The notes below the pieces were generated by a model. The model did no database searches, was not told where the DNA came from, and was given only the letters and a program-made list of their open reading frames with translations. From assembly GCA_004022145.1 (NCBI GenBank), contig RCNU01000024.1: a DNA stretch of 51,259 nucleotides; one strand, written 5' to 3'. Source of the stretch: Paecilomyces variotii. Taxonomy: Eukaryota. The first letter of the stretch is position 1. Each line of letters opens with the position of its first letter. A program made the position numbers and the translations under genes. Below are positions 13,523 through 24,559 of this stretch, one piece after another.

Positions 13523-13658
13523 GACAGGATGACCGAGTGGTTAAGGTGCAGGCCTGCGTAAGTAGCCTTGATAACACACCATAACTCGATTTCCAACTAA
13601 CAACCCCAATAGTAAGCCTGTGGGTTCGCCCGCCTGGGTTCGAATCCCAGTTCTGTCG
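13523..13658 (+). tRNA. tRNA-Ser(GCU) interrupted by a 55-nt intron inside the anticodon
   Basis: Acceptor stem GACAGGA/TTCTGTC with G73. D arm/A-box TGACCGAGTGGTTAAGGT, anticodon stem CAGGC/GCCTG, variable arm GGG-TTCG-CCC, T arm CTGGG-TTCGAAT-CCCAG (B-box). Removing 13558-13612 gives loop CT-GCT-AA and an 81-nt tRNA. Confidence 0.9.
13558..13612 (+). other. Spliceosomal-type (GT-AG) intron within the tRNA anticodon, between nt 35 and 36
   Basis: 5' GTAAGT (13558-13563), branch site CTAAC (13597-13601), 3' TAG (13610-13612). Length is 55 nt, the same as the mRNA introns at 4024-4078 and 27358-27412. Confidence 0.75.
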
Positions 13659-13663
13659 ACATC

Positions 13664-13678
13664 TTTTTTTCTTTTTTT
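13664..13678 (+). terminator. RNA polymerase III oligo-T terminator of the tRNA gene
   Basis: T7-C-T7 begins 6 nt after the tRNA 3' end. Confidence 0.8.
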
Positions 13679-14104
13679 GCCGGTAGTCCATACCTAGCAG
13701 GGACAGAAACTAGCCGTGATTCTGCGTCCAAATTATTATTATTTTTATTGAGCCATGTGGCGGAGTTCACACAACTTCAGAGACCAACCAAAGCTCACAG
13801 GTTGACAGTGTATCCCGCCACGTGCTATAAGCCAAACCGAATGACTTCGATTATTGGACCGTCTGAGTAGCCGAAGGCTATACGATATTAACCTAGAGAA
13901 AAAGGGAAAGAAAGACAATAAAGAGAAACTCGAATTCACTACTAAAGTCGGTTCACCCGTCGTCATCACCCTGATGTCAGGCGGCAAACTCCCAATGTCA
14001 AAGCGCTACAGCTTTCGATTAATAGAACAGGACCATAACTCATCTAAGAATAATTTCGCTCACACAGCCAAAAGAAAATTCGTCTAGTCCAGCTTACAGC
14101 CAAA

Positions 14105-14974
14105 ATGTCGTCCGATACACATCCCGAGTCTAACGTCAACCATCATAGCACTGGCTTCCTAGATCTGGAATGTGCGACCAAAATATATCCATACCAGGGA
14201 ATACGACAATTCTGGAATATTAGGGAAATGGAGTGGCGCAAGCTAGAGGAGAATATATAAGATAGCGAATGGGTGTTATTTACTGATGTGGACAAGGAGA
14301 CATTCACCCGTGACTTCCTTAACTCTTCCGACAACATCATCCTCCGCAGCTGGAATTCATACGACAAAGCTAAACACTTCTTACTGATCAAGATGCCTAC
14401 CTCATTGGCTCATGAAGCTGCAGCGTCCGAATTTGCAGAAATCTTTCTCGAAGTCCTCCGGCCAATGGGCCTTTACGATAAGCTCTATAAATGGGGAAGC
14501 GCAACTCGCTACAACGACAAAGGTGGCAAATGACCTGAGCTGCAGTTCGTACCTAAAAGACCACCACCAGATTACCCTCGATACTGGCCCACGGTGGTGC
14601 TGGAAGTGGCATTGACTGAGCCACCATCCAAGCTCATGTCAGACATTCGATACTGGCTTGGCCAGTCCTCCCGCAGTGTTGAAGTGGTAGTAACGCTCCA
14701 AATCAATCGAAACATGCGCGAAATTATCCTACAGAACTGGCAGTCTGCCAACAGCCGTCCACACAGAATACAACAAGTGACTGTTTACAAAGGCTCTAAC
14801 GATACAATAAAAGTCGACGATGGCCCCCTTGTCATTGACTTCGAAAAGCTGTTCCTCCATCCGCCAGGCACACCACAAGAAAAAAAAAACATTGGACTGG
14901 GAGATGGCGAGCTGCAATATCTTGCGACTTCAATATGGACAGCACAGAACCTCGATCAGGAAGATGATGAATGA
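14105..14974 (+). pseudogene. Pseudogene of a fungal PD-(D/E)XK restriction-endonuclease-fold protein
   Basis: One 290-codon frame from ATG 14105 links the track ORFs 14273-14533 and 14594-14974. It is broken by TAA (14258-14260) and TGA (14531-14533). Motifs: IKMPTSLAHEAAA, GGK*PE, WPTVVLEVALTE...L..DIRYWL. Family assignment is from motif resemblance. Confidence 0.6.
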
Positions 14975-16921
14975 ACAGTTACCACTATGCACCAATATCA
15001 GCTACGAAAGAGCACAATCCTTGACGGCTCAAACTATGCAGGGATACGACAGCAGCCTGAGCGCGTTTCCAGTACTAATACGAAACGGTCTAAGCATACC
15101 ACACGGAGTACTCCGTAGAGCCCCGGGAACAACCTGAACCCCCGCAAATACAGTATGGAGTGCTCTGGTCCGTAATAATCGATGCATCTAGTGGCGATAC
15201 ACGGCCTATTATTCCCTGAGAATGAAAACCGACACGTGCCTGGGTTCTAAAACCGCATTCAAATGCTCGATGGCTTAAAGATTGGATCGGTACAGCTGCG
15301 CTGTGTCAAGCCAGACATGGACGTCTGGAATACGGTTAGGCCTCATGCCCTTGCCAACTGGGAGCGTACTGCGTTGATACTTTCTTATAGGATTCGCCAT
15401 GCGTTATTCGCAGAGAGGTCGACATGATAGGAGGCAATTGACGCTAGGTGATCAATTCTGACAGGTTTGCGTCAAGGAACTCAACTGTCATAACGTTAAT
15501 CATTCAAAAATAACATAATCTTTCCAAAGGAATTTTAAAGGGGCCATATGTTCAAAGAAACTGATTGCGAGCAGGTAACGGGATACAAACGCGTGTCTCT
15601 AGTCTTTCGGAAAGTACTGTACTTAGGTATAGAATGATTGCAGAGTCGGTTACAAAGAGTTCCTATCTTATTCTGCTCCCTGAGAATTCCTGATGTCAAG
15701 GCTCTAGTCAACCTCTACTCACGACCATTGGTTGCTCTCTTAAACCTCCTATCCCACGATGCAACTCTCTGATCTGCAGGGCCCCTCAACCTTCGATTCT
15801 GTTTTCGCACTTGATTGACCAGCTCCGTAGACGCCGTTGATTTTTAGCGCCTGACCAGTTCCCATTTGAGTCCCGAGAGCTGCCGCGGGATTGGGAGTCG
15901 GCCGCAAATATTATTGCGGAGTACGGAGTATTAAGGAGTATTACTTCCTTTGAACCTTCAGAGAATATCAACTAACTACGGAGTAGTTGGCCATATAGTT
16001 ATTTCGCCGGCGATAATCTGTTCGAAGTCCGTCGTGTTATGGTAAAAGTCCACGATTAAGTGCCGCGCTCATCGCTGCCTGTTTTGGAAGGCTTCACAGC
16101 CACGAGATCTTCAGCCACCGGCCCAGCACCAAGTAGTACCTACGGACTCTGCGGACTCCGGAGTAAGTTTATCTTATCTCATAGATGGGATTGGAAGGTT
16201 CAAGGTTTGTCTTCCCGTCCTAAGATCCCGCTGTTGCTAGGAAGATCCCAATCTCTACTCCGTACCCCGGGCCTACTCTTCTGCAGGAAGTTGAACATCA
16301 CTCCGTACTCGGTAGTGCTGTATCCGTGTAAGTACTAAGTATCGTCTCGTTGGCGGGGACACAGCTTCAATTAGTGGAGAACGTCCTCCCCTGGAGATCG
16401 ATGTGGGTTTGACCGTGGTTCTGTGGGTAACGCCAGAGCGTGCACAAAAACTGGAAATTTGCAGAGAAGACAGTTTCCCGCCGAGGCAACTGAGGCCTGA
16501 GCTTCGTGACCGACCTGGATAGCTTACAGGAGGCGCTGGGTTGTAGGAAAGTCTGTTGAACTCGACTCGGCTGGTTTCTGTGCAAGGATGACCACGAGGA
16601 GAGCCGTCGCTTTAGATAAGCCTCACTAAGACTTGGAGCTTGGAGGATGCTTATCACCTGCCAAAAATGGAACGAGCGAACAAGTTTCAACCCCACTGCC
16701 TAGACGCTTATCGGCGTTCTGAAAGTCGGGGGAGCTTAGTTTTGGAGTCGTCGATGTTGACCTAAAGATCGAGCTAAATGCCGCAAGATGGGTCGAACCC
16801 AGCGTTCCCGGTTGCTTGAAGAACGAGTGCTCCATAGATATATGGTCCTCTGGATCCCCTCTTCTAGAGACTGGTGAGCGCTGTCTTCCTGCTCCCTGTC
16901 ACCCAATCAGCCATTTACGCC

Positions 16922-19094
16922 ATGAGAGCCTCTGTCTTGCTCCTTGGAGCCCTGGCAGCAGCAGCTGCCGCAATCCCTGCTCCTCACAATTATGTCCTTC
17001 ATGAAAGACGGGATGTGTTACCTACCTCATGGAGTGAAGGCGAGCGTATCTATAGGAAGACCTCGCTGCCTATGAGAATTGGCTTGACCCAGTCTAACCT
17101 GGATCGAGGTCATGACCTTCTGATGGAAGTGTATGTTTGGACCCCCATGCTCGTTCTTAGCGGTGGTTGACAGTTCTAGGTCCGATCATACTTCACCAAA
17201 GTATGGTCAGCATTACACTATAGAAGAGATTCACGACTTATTTGCTCCCTCAGAAGAGAGCGTCCAGAGTGTCCGTGATTGGCTCGAATCAGCTGGAGTA
17301 CACGGCGATAGGATCACCTTGTCAGCCAATAAGCAATGGCTGCAATTTGACGCTGATGCCGAGGAGGTTGAAAGACTGCTGCGTACTGAATACTACGTAC
17401 ACACAGATTCCGTGACTGGGAAGTCTCACGTCGCATGCCACGAGTTAGTAACCTTCCGCTATTGGCAGTGACCAGTGTTCAAGCTTTACTGATACATGTT
17501 TTCAGATATTATATTCCGGAGCACGTGCAAGAGCACGTTGACTACGTAACCCCAGGCGTCAAGCACCTTGGTGTTAAGGGTGGAACTTCATCTTCTCTCG
17601 CTAAGCGTACCAAGAACTTGCGGAACCCCGGCCTGCCGCCTCTAACGAAACCTCTGGATATTGCTCTTGGGATTCTGAAAGAGGCACTTCTGGAAACATG
17701 CGACCTTGCCATCACTCCCGAATGCATTCAGGGTAAAGCTCCCGTGGATAAATCTTCAGTTGAAATGGATGCTGACAGCAAGCAGCCATGTATAACATCA
17801 CAGTCGGAGACAAGGCAACCCCCGGAAACGAGCTTGGAATTTTTGAAGATTTAGGGGATGTCTACAGCCAGACAGACTTGAATCTGTTTTTCACGACTCT
17901 ATACCCGTACGTTGGAGATATTCTGCTCGCTGATTATATCGCTGACAAGACATCAGCAAAATCCCGTACGGAACGCACCCGACGTTAAATGCTATCGACG
18001 GTGCCCAAGCTCCGGAATCTGTGACGAGTGCAGGCCCTGAGTCTGATCTGGATTTCCAGATCTCTTATCCTATCATTTGGCCGCAGAATTCGATCCTTTT
18101 CCAGACGGATGATCCAGTCTACGAGAGCAATTATACGTTCACTGGCTTCCTCAATAACTTCCTCGATGCGATTGATGGCTCGTACTGTACCTACAGTGCC
18201 TATGGAGAGACCGGAAACTCGGATCTCGATCCTCCCTACCCAGACCCCGCGCCTGGCGGATACAAGGGCCAGTTGCAATGCGGCGTTTACAAGCCGACCA
18301 ATGTCATCTCTATCTCTTACGGAGGTGCCGAAGCCGATCTACCTATTTCCTACCAGCGGCGGCAGTGCAATGAGTTCATGAAACTTGGCCTACAAGGAGT
18401 CTCGGTCGTCGTGGCTTCTGGTGATTCTGGCGTCGCTGGCCGAGGTGGAGACCCGACCCCCAGTAACTGTCTAGGTGAAGATGGAACAGTCTTTGCGCCC
18501 GACTTCCCAGCTACTTGCCCCTACGTCACTGCAGTTGGTGCGACTTATCTTCCCTTGGGCGGTAGTGCCGAAAAGGACGAAGAAGTAGCTGTAACTCGTT
18601 TCCCCTCAGGCGGCGGTTTCAGCAACATCTACAAGGCTCCGGACTACCAAACAAGTGCCGTTGCCGCCTACTTCAAGGAGAAGAACCCTCCTTACAAATA
18701 CTACGAGAGTGTTGACAACAGCAGTTTCGCTGCAAATGGCGGCATCTACAACCGCATCGGCCGTGCCTACCCCGATGTTGCGGCCATAGGTGACAATGTC
18801 GCCATCTATAACGCCGGAGCGCCCACCTTGATCGGTGGTACATCGGCTGCGTCACCTGTGTTTGGAGCAATTCTTACCCGTATCAACGAGGAACTAATCG
18901 CGAAGAACAAGTCAACCGTGGGTTTTGTCAACCCTATTCTCTACGCTCATCCAGAAGTGTTCAATGACATTACGGTCGGAAACAACTCTGGCTGTGGTAC
19001 TCCTGGTTTCTATGCTGCTGAGGGATGGGATCCTGTTACTGGGTTGGGAACTCCAAACTACCCAGCGCTACTTGACCTCTTCCTAAAGCAGTAA
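16922..19094 (+). CDS. Secreted sedolisin-family (S53) serine protease, aorsin/SedA-like, multi-exon
   Basis: Signal peptide MRASVLLLGALAAAAAA. Pro-domain (LPMRIGLTQSNLD, SPKYGQH, VRDWLESAG). Catalytic ESDLD, oxyanion SGDSG, nucleophile GGTSAASP, Ca-binding GWDPVTGLGTP. Four GT-AG introns join the track ORFs. Confidence 0.92.
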
Positions 19095-20215
19095 TTTGTT
19101 TCGATTCGAGTGTTGCGCCTGCTGGATCAGTGCTATGAGTGTCTAAAATGCACATGAGGCCGCACAATGTTTATATGTTCAGTCTGTACGGGTACATAGT
19201 TAATGACAGATCAGTCACGCTTCAAGAGACAAACTGATACGCTTGATATTCTTGGTTTAGCACACATCTCATTGCCAGTATACTCATTCAGACTATCCTC
19301 AACAGAAGGCTCGTAGATTGTTCGAGCGGCATAGCATTTGGTCGTGGACATCCTCCCAATTGAGTATGCGGGAAACCCCGCTTCGGAGTCTGTTTAAAGA
19401 TGGCCAGAGATCGCCAAAAACAGCTCGTAAATGAAATCTGTATAGGGCAACTTTATGTCGATGCAGTACGTTTGAAAGCCAGGAGACCCACTCGTTCATG
19501 TCAGTTCTAGCCATATTAAGATGATAGGCCGAAGGGCCTATATGTGCTAGCTCGTCGGCGATTATTACGGCGACACATCTGTAGTTCGTAACTGGAGCGA
19601 AAGTAGCAGAGATCTGCCGTGGCATGTCAGTACTAGATGAATTATTAATGTCTAGCCTTTCGGGTTTCAGATAACAACCTGTGCTGAACCGTTGTAGCGC
19701 GCTCGTTCGTCATACTCCAGAATTTGAGACGGCTACTCAGTGGAAAGTTGGTAGAGGTCCCGATATAAAGGAGCTTCTGTTACCTTCATTGCTAGATTAT
19801 TTCGGTAGAAAGAGACCTCTCAGAGTATTTCAACTACTTTGACTTGCAAGTGGGGAGGTTATCGTATTTGACAGGGGTCTGCGGAACGTCGCTTCAAATT
19901 TCGAGATGGAGCTGCCCGATAGCATTGACCCTGACCAACCCTGGTAAAGAATGATGGCCTTAATGGCCACACTAGATGAGATCCAACGCATACGCCATGG
20001 GCGCTAGGACTAACTAATAGCGAGGTTGTACGCTTACGCACGCCTAATCGCACACCTCAGAAGAGCCATACGCAAGGCTAATCGAGGAGTATAGTCACCT
20101 GTCGATATTTACAAATAGAATTTTAACGTGGCAAATGAGAATGTTAATATTGTGACAATATGTGATTTTCTGGAGACAGATCTCCAGGAACTCCCCGCGA
20201 TGTACAAGCTGGTAA

Positions 20216-21386
20216 TCAACTAGAAGCCACCACATTCTCAAACTCTGCCTTTTCCACCATCTTCAGCAGAGCATCTGCGATTCCGTACGAAAAGGCATAT
20301 CCGCCACCACCGAATCCGTACGCAGAAAGGAGTGTCCGCTCCCCGACACGTTCAGAATCTAGGCGAAAGCCGCCCTGGCGTGAAGGACGAATTCCCACAA
20401 TATAACTCAGGTCGGATTCCGGCGGATTGGCGGGAACAATTTCCGGTGCAAGGCGATGGGCTCTTGCAATCTCATCGCGCGCGATTTCCAGGTCGACCTC
20501 TGGCGAACTGTTCCCAGTTAGTAGTGATGATTTGAAGACGGGACACTGCTAACTCACGTAACGTTGGGCTGTTTGATACCCCCCAGGACTACTCCTTCTG
20601 AAAGAGGCCGAGGAATGACATACGTGTATTCCTTTCCGTTGCGGAAATACATCGTTCTGCAGTTGGAGGTCTTCAAAAAGACGTTCTGGCCACGATCAGG
20701 ATAACATTTGTCATCTCTAACATCATTCAAGAGCTTGCTGCCCCAGCCACTGGCATTGATGAAAATCCGGGAATCTGGAAACATTGAGTACAACTCCTCG
20801 AGAGAGGAGACCTTTTGTCGGATAAATTTGCCACCAAGAGATTCAACCTGCTTCCTAAGATAGGGCATATGTTTAGTGGGATCTGTCACCAGACAGTCGT
20901 AGGACCATGCACAGTTGAAGTTGGGTGGGAATTCGCCCGGGGCGAGCTCTTGGAACTATACATGCGTTAGAACGGTCATGGCATATACAGAATTAGACAA
21001 CTTACGTTTGATACGACTGTCCTTCCCCAGATAGCTGAATTCTTTGCAGGTGCCTCCTCCAGATATTCTCTAGCATTGACCATGCAGACACCGGATTCCG
21101 GTTCTTGTGCCATCTTCAATAGGTGTCGATGTGTCACCACCTGGAGGTATCGGTGTTCCTCTGACAGGCCGCCCGCGGCATGCCATGCAGCTCCTGCCCA
21201 TGCTGAAGCGTAGAAGATATTCTGATCTCCTGGAAGATATTCTCCTACAAGCACGACTTGGAATCCATTCTGAAGAAGCTGGCGTGCGGCTGCGCAGCCG
21301 ATGATGCCGGCACCTAGGATGACGATCGGTCGTCTCGGGTAGGGTAGACTGTTGATGCCGTTTGGAGTAGCTGAGTTGCCCGTCAT
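20216..21386 (-). CDS. D-amino-acid oxidase (FAD-dependent), 3 exons
   Basis: FAD motif ILGAGIIG, plus ASAWAGA, INASGWG, PDRGQ, YVIPRP, GIRPSR and AYGFGGGGY. Introns 21005-20956 and 20557-20508. Confidence 0.9.
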
Positions 21387-21610
21387 GGTAGTATTTCAGG
21401 ATGCTATATCGAACGAGCAGAGCTGTAAAGAAGTAGAAAGAGGATATAAAAAATTTCGCTCAGAGCGCTCAAGAAGACAGACAGAACGGGTGGCGGACAT
21501 TGCTGCGAAGACTCAACTCCCAACTCCTTTATATTCATCCTCCCGTCTCCGGCTGAAGACCCATTATACCACGGAGTTGTTACTCTTTTGCTGGAAGTGT
21601 AGAGCTCCGT

Positions 21611-21622
21611 CGGGTCGACCCG
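21611..21622. promoter_or_regulatory. Palindromic CGG-N6-CCG site (candidate Zn2Cys6 binding site) in the DAO/OPT divergent promoter
   Basis: CGGGTCGACCCG is a perfect 12-bp palindrome in the 566-bp intergenic region. The spacing matches Ppr1/UaY-type sites. Confidence 0.4.
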
Positions 21623-21952
21623 CCCGTCAAGATGTGCAAGTCCAGAGAAATATTCCTATCGGCTTCTCGATAACGCGTAGTACCGTATCAGAAAATCCCG
21701 ACAACGGAAATTCTCTGGCGGCACAGCCCGCGCACGAGGCGATGAAGTCTGGACGAATCGGCCATACCCCACGAAATCGAAGCCTTTTGACCCACTGGAA
21801 GGCCCGTGGAAGCATCAGAAACATTAGATTGGTTTCCCGTGGCCTCGAGAAACGAAGATCTGGGTCTTCCCGTCCGCCCACCCGTTCTCATTCTCCTGCC
21901 CGTCCCCTTTAAGTCCCTCTCATCCCCACTGGTATCCCCAATCGAGCACAGG

Positions 21953-24559
21953 ATGGAGACGGAGAAGATGGCCTCGCGCCCGCCTGGCACAATCATGGCC
22001 GAGGTCGAGACCGATGGTAAAGTCGCTGAGCCCAAGATCCTTCCCAATGACAACAGGTCTGCCACCCTGAGCAGTTCAAGTGGTGAATGAGGATGCTGAT
22101 AGCGCACAAGTGCCAGCAGCGAGCTTGGTTTCATCGATGATGGCGAGGCAAAAGAGATTCTCCCATTCGAGGCCGATGACTCTCCCTTTCCAGAGGTTCG
22201 CGCGGTCGTCCCCGCCGCCGACGATCCAACTCTGCCCGTCAACACGGTGCGGATGTGGTTCATCGGAATCATCTTCACGATCGTAAGTTATCGACGCATA
22301 CCGAAGCAAACGTCCCGCGAGATGGCCACAATGTTGATTTTACCAAATCCCAGATCGGCAGCGGTCTGAACCAGTTTTTCAATCTTCGCCAGCCCAGTGT
22401 TACGATCAGTGCCCTGGTGGCCCAGCTGCTCGCCTACCCCGTTGGTTGTGCCTGGGCCAAGTTCATGCCACTGGGAATTTTGAACCCGAACCGAAACTTC
22501 AATATCAAGGAGCATGCCTTGGTCACAATCATGGCCAACGTCTCCTTCGGCTCTGCAGCAGCAACCCAGGTCATCGAAGCGATGGTGAAGTTCTACGGTT
22601 TGCCGTCGCAGGGTGGCTTCGAGATTCTTTTCGTCATTACCACCCAGCTATTCGGATTCGGTTTGGCTGGTGTTTCCTATCGTTGGCTGGTGTTTCCCGC
22701 TACGATGGTCTGGCCGCAGGTTCTCTCCAATGCGGCCCTGTTGACTACTCTGCATTCCAGATCCAATGCTGTCGCGGACGGCTGGAAGATCTCTCGTCTG
22801 CGTTTCTTCCTCTACGTCTTCATCGGAGGTTCGATCTGGTATTTCGTCCCCGGTTTTCTATTCAAGGGACTCAGTACCTTCAGCTTTATCTGCTGGATCG
22901 TTCCCAATAATGTTGTGGTCAATCAACTTTTTGGCCAGACGACTGGTCTGGGGATGTCGCTCCTGACATTTGACTGGGCGCAGGTCGTCTATGCCAACCA
23001 GAGTCCGCTGCTGGTTCCGTTCTGGGCGGGTATGAATGTGATGGGAGGGTTCGCGCTCTTCTTCTGGCTGATCTGTCCGATCTTATACTACACCAATACG
23101 TGGTATTCGGCGTACCTACCACTCATGAATTCCGCGACCTTTGACAACACCGGGAGTACGTACAATACGAGTCGGATAATGAACGCCGACGGCACAGTTA
23201 ACCAACAAGCTTACCGGGAGTATTCGCCTATGTTCCTTCCGGCCGCGTATGCTCTGACTTATGGCCTGGCTTTTGCTAATCTTACCGGAATCTTCGTGTA
23301 CATCGGTCTATATCACGGCAAGGGCATTCTGAGCAACTGGAAAGGCACGGAAAAGAAGGATATCCACGCCCGCCTGATCGAGGCCTATAAAAAAGTTCCC
23401 TGGTGGTGGTTTGCGGCCATCACTGTTCTGATGTTCGTTTTGAGCATCGTGACCAACGAAGTGTGGCATACAGGACTACCTGTCTGGGCTGTCTTTGTGT
23501 CTTTCGTTCTTCCAGTCATCTACTTCATCCCTGTGGGGATCATCAAGGGCGTAACCAACATCAGCACCAACCAACTGAATCTTATTACCGAGTTTATCGG
23601 TGGCTACGCGTTACTCGGGAAGCCAGTGGCGAACATGGCTTTCAAGTTCTATGGCTATGTCGCAGTGTCGCAAGGACTCGAGTAAGTATTGGGAGCGTCT
23701 GAGGATAAAGCACAAGTGATTAACGTCGTCTCACAGATTCGTTGCTGACATGAAACTGGCACATTATCTCCATATCGCACCCCGGGCCGTCTTCCTCGCC
23801 CAAGGTATCGCCACCCTCGTAGGTGCGATTGTGCAGACAGGTGTGACAGTCTTTATGATCACTCGCATCAAAGGGATATGTGCCTCAAAGGACAATAACG
23901 GTTACTCGTGTCCACATGGCGAAGTCACCTATTCGTCCTCATTGATCTGGGGTAAGCTCCAAAGGAATTCCTTTCCCTGCGTATGCTAACGTTGTCCCCA
24001 AGGTGCATTGGGCCCCGGTCGCAACTTTTCGCCAGGTCAATTATACGGCAAACTACTCTGGTTTTTCTTGGTCGGACCACTTGCGGTTCTGGCAACGTGG
24101 CTGCTGTCGCGGAGATGGAAGTTTTTCAACTACGTGTCTTGGCCAGTCATTTTCGGCGCCATGGGTCTGGTGCCTCCTGCTACGGGTGTGAACTTCTCGT
24201 CCTGGTGGGTGGTGAACGTGCTCTTCAATGGTCTTCTTAAGAGGCGCAAACCGGCGTGGTGGACCAAGTACAGTAAGTTTAGTCCCGTTTACTTGGCAGC
24301 ATGGGCCAAGCTTGTGTGGGCATTGTAGATTGGCTGACTCCTTTTTCCTTTTGAACCAGACTACGTGTTGTCCGCAGCCCTCGACTCGGGTGTGGCGGTC
24401 TCGACCATTATCATCTTCTTTTGTATCATCCTGCCCGGGGGTACACTCACCTGGTGGGGGAACACCGTCTACTCGCAAACGGCGGACGGTCAGGGTACAC
24501 CCTGGAAGAGCCTGCCTGCGAGGGGATATTTTGGGCCCGCGAAGGGAACTTGGGAGTGA
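21953..24559 (+). CDS. OPT-family oligopeptide transporter, multi-exon
   Basis: OPT signatures DSPFPEVRAVV, TLPVNTVRMW, FNIKEHALVTIM, DMKLAHYLHIAPR, WWTKY.YVLSAALDSG and WWGNTV. Five GT-AG introns join the track ORFs. The start codon is inferred. Confidence 0.92.

Noticed and set aside
13523-13658. Annotation as ordinary tRNA-Arg(GCG) with a canonical intron
   Set aside because: It would have U37, a serine-type variable arm and an anticodon eukaryotes avoid. It is kept only as a testable alternative.
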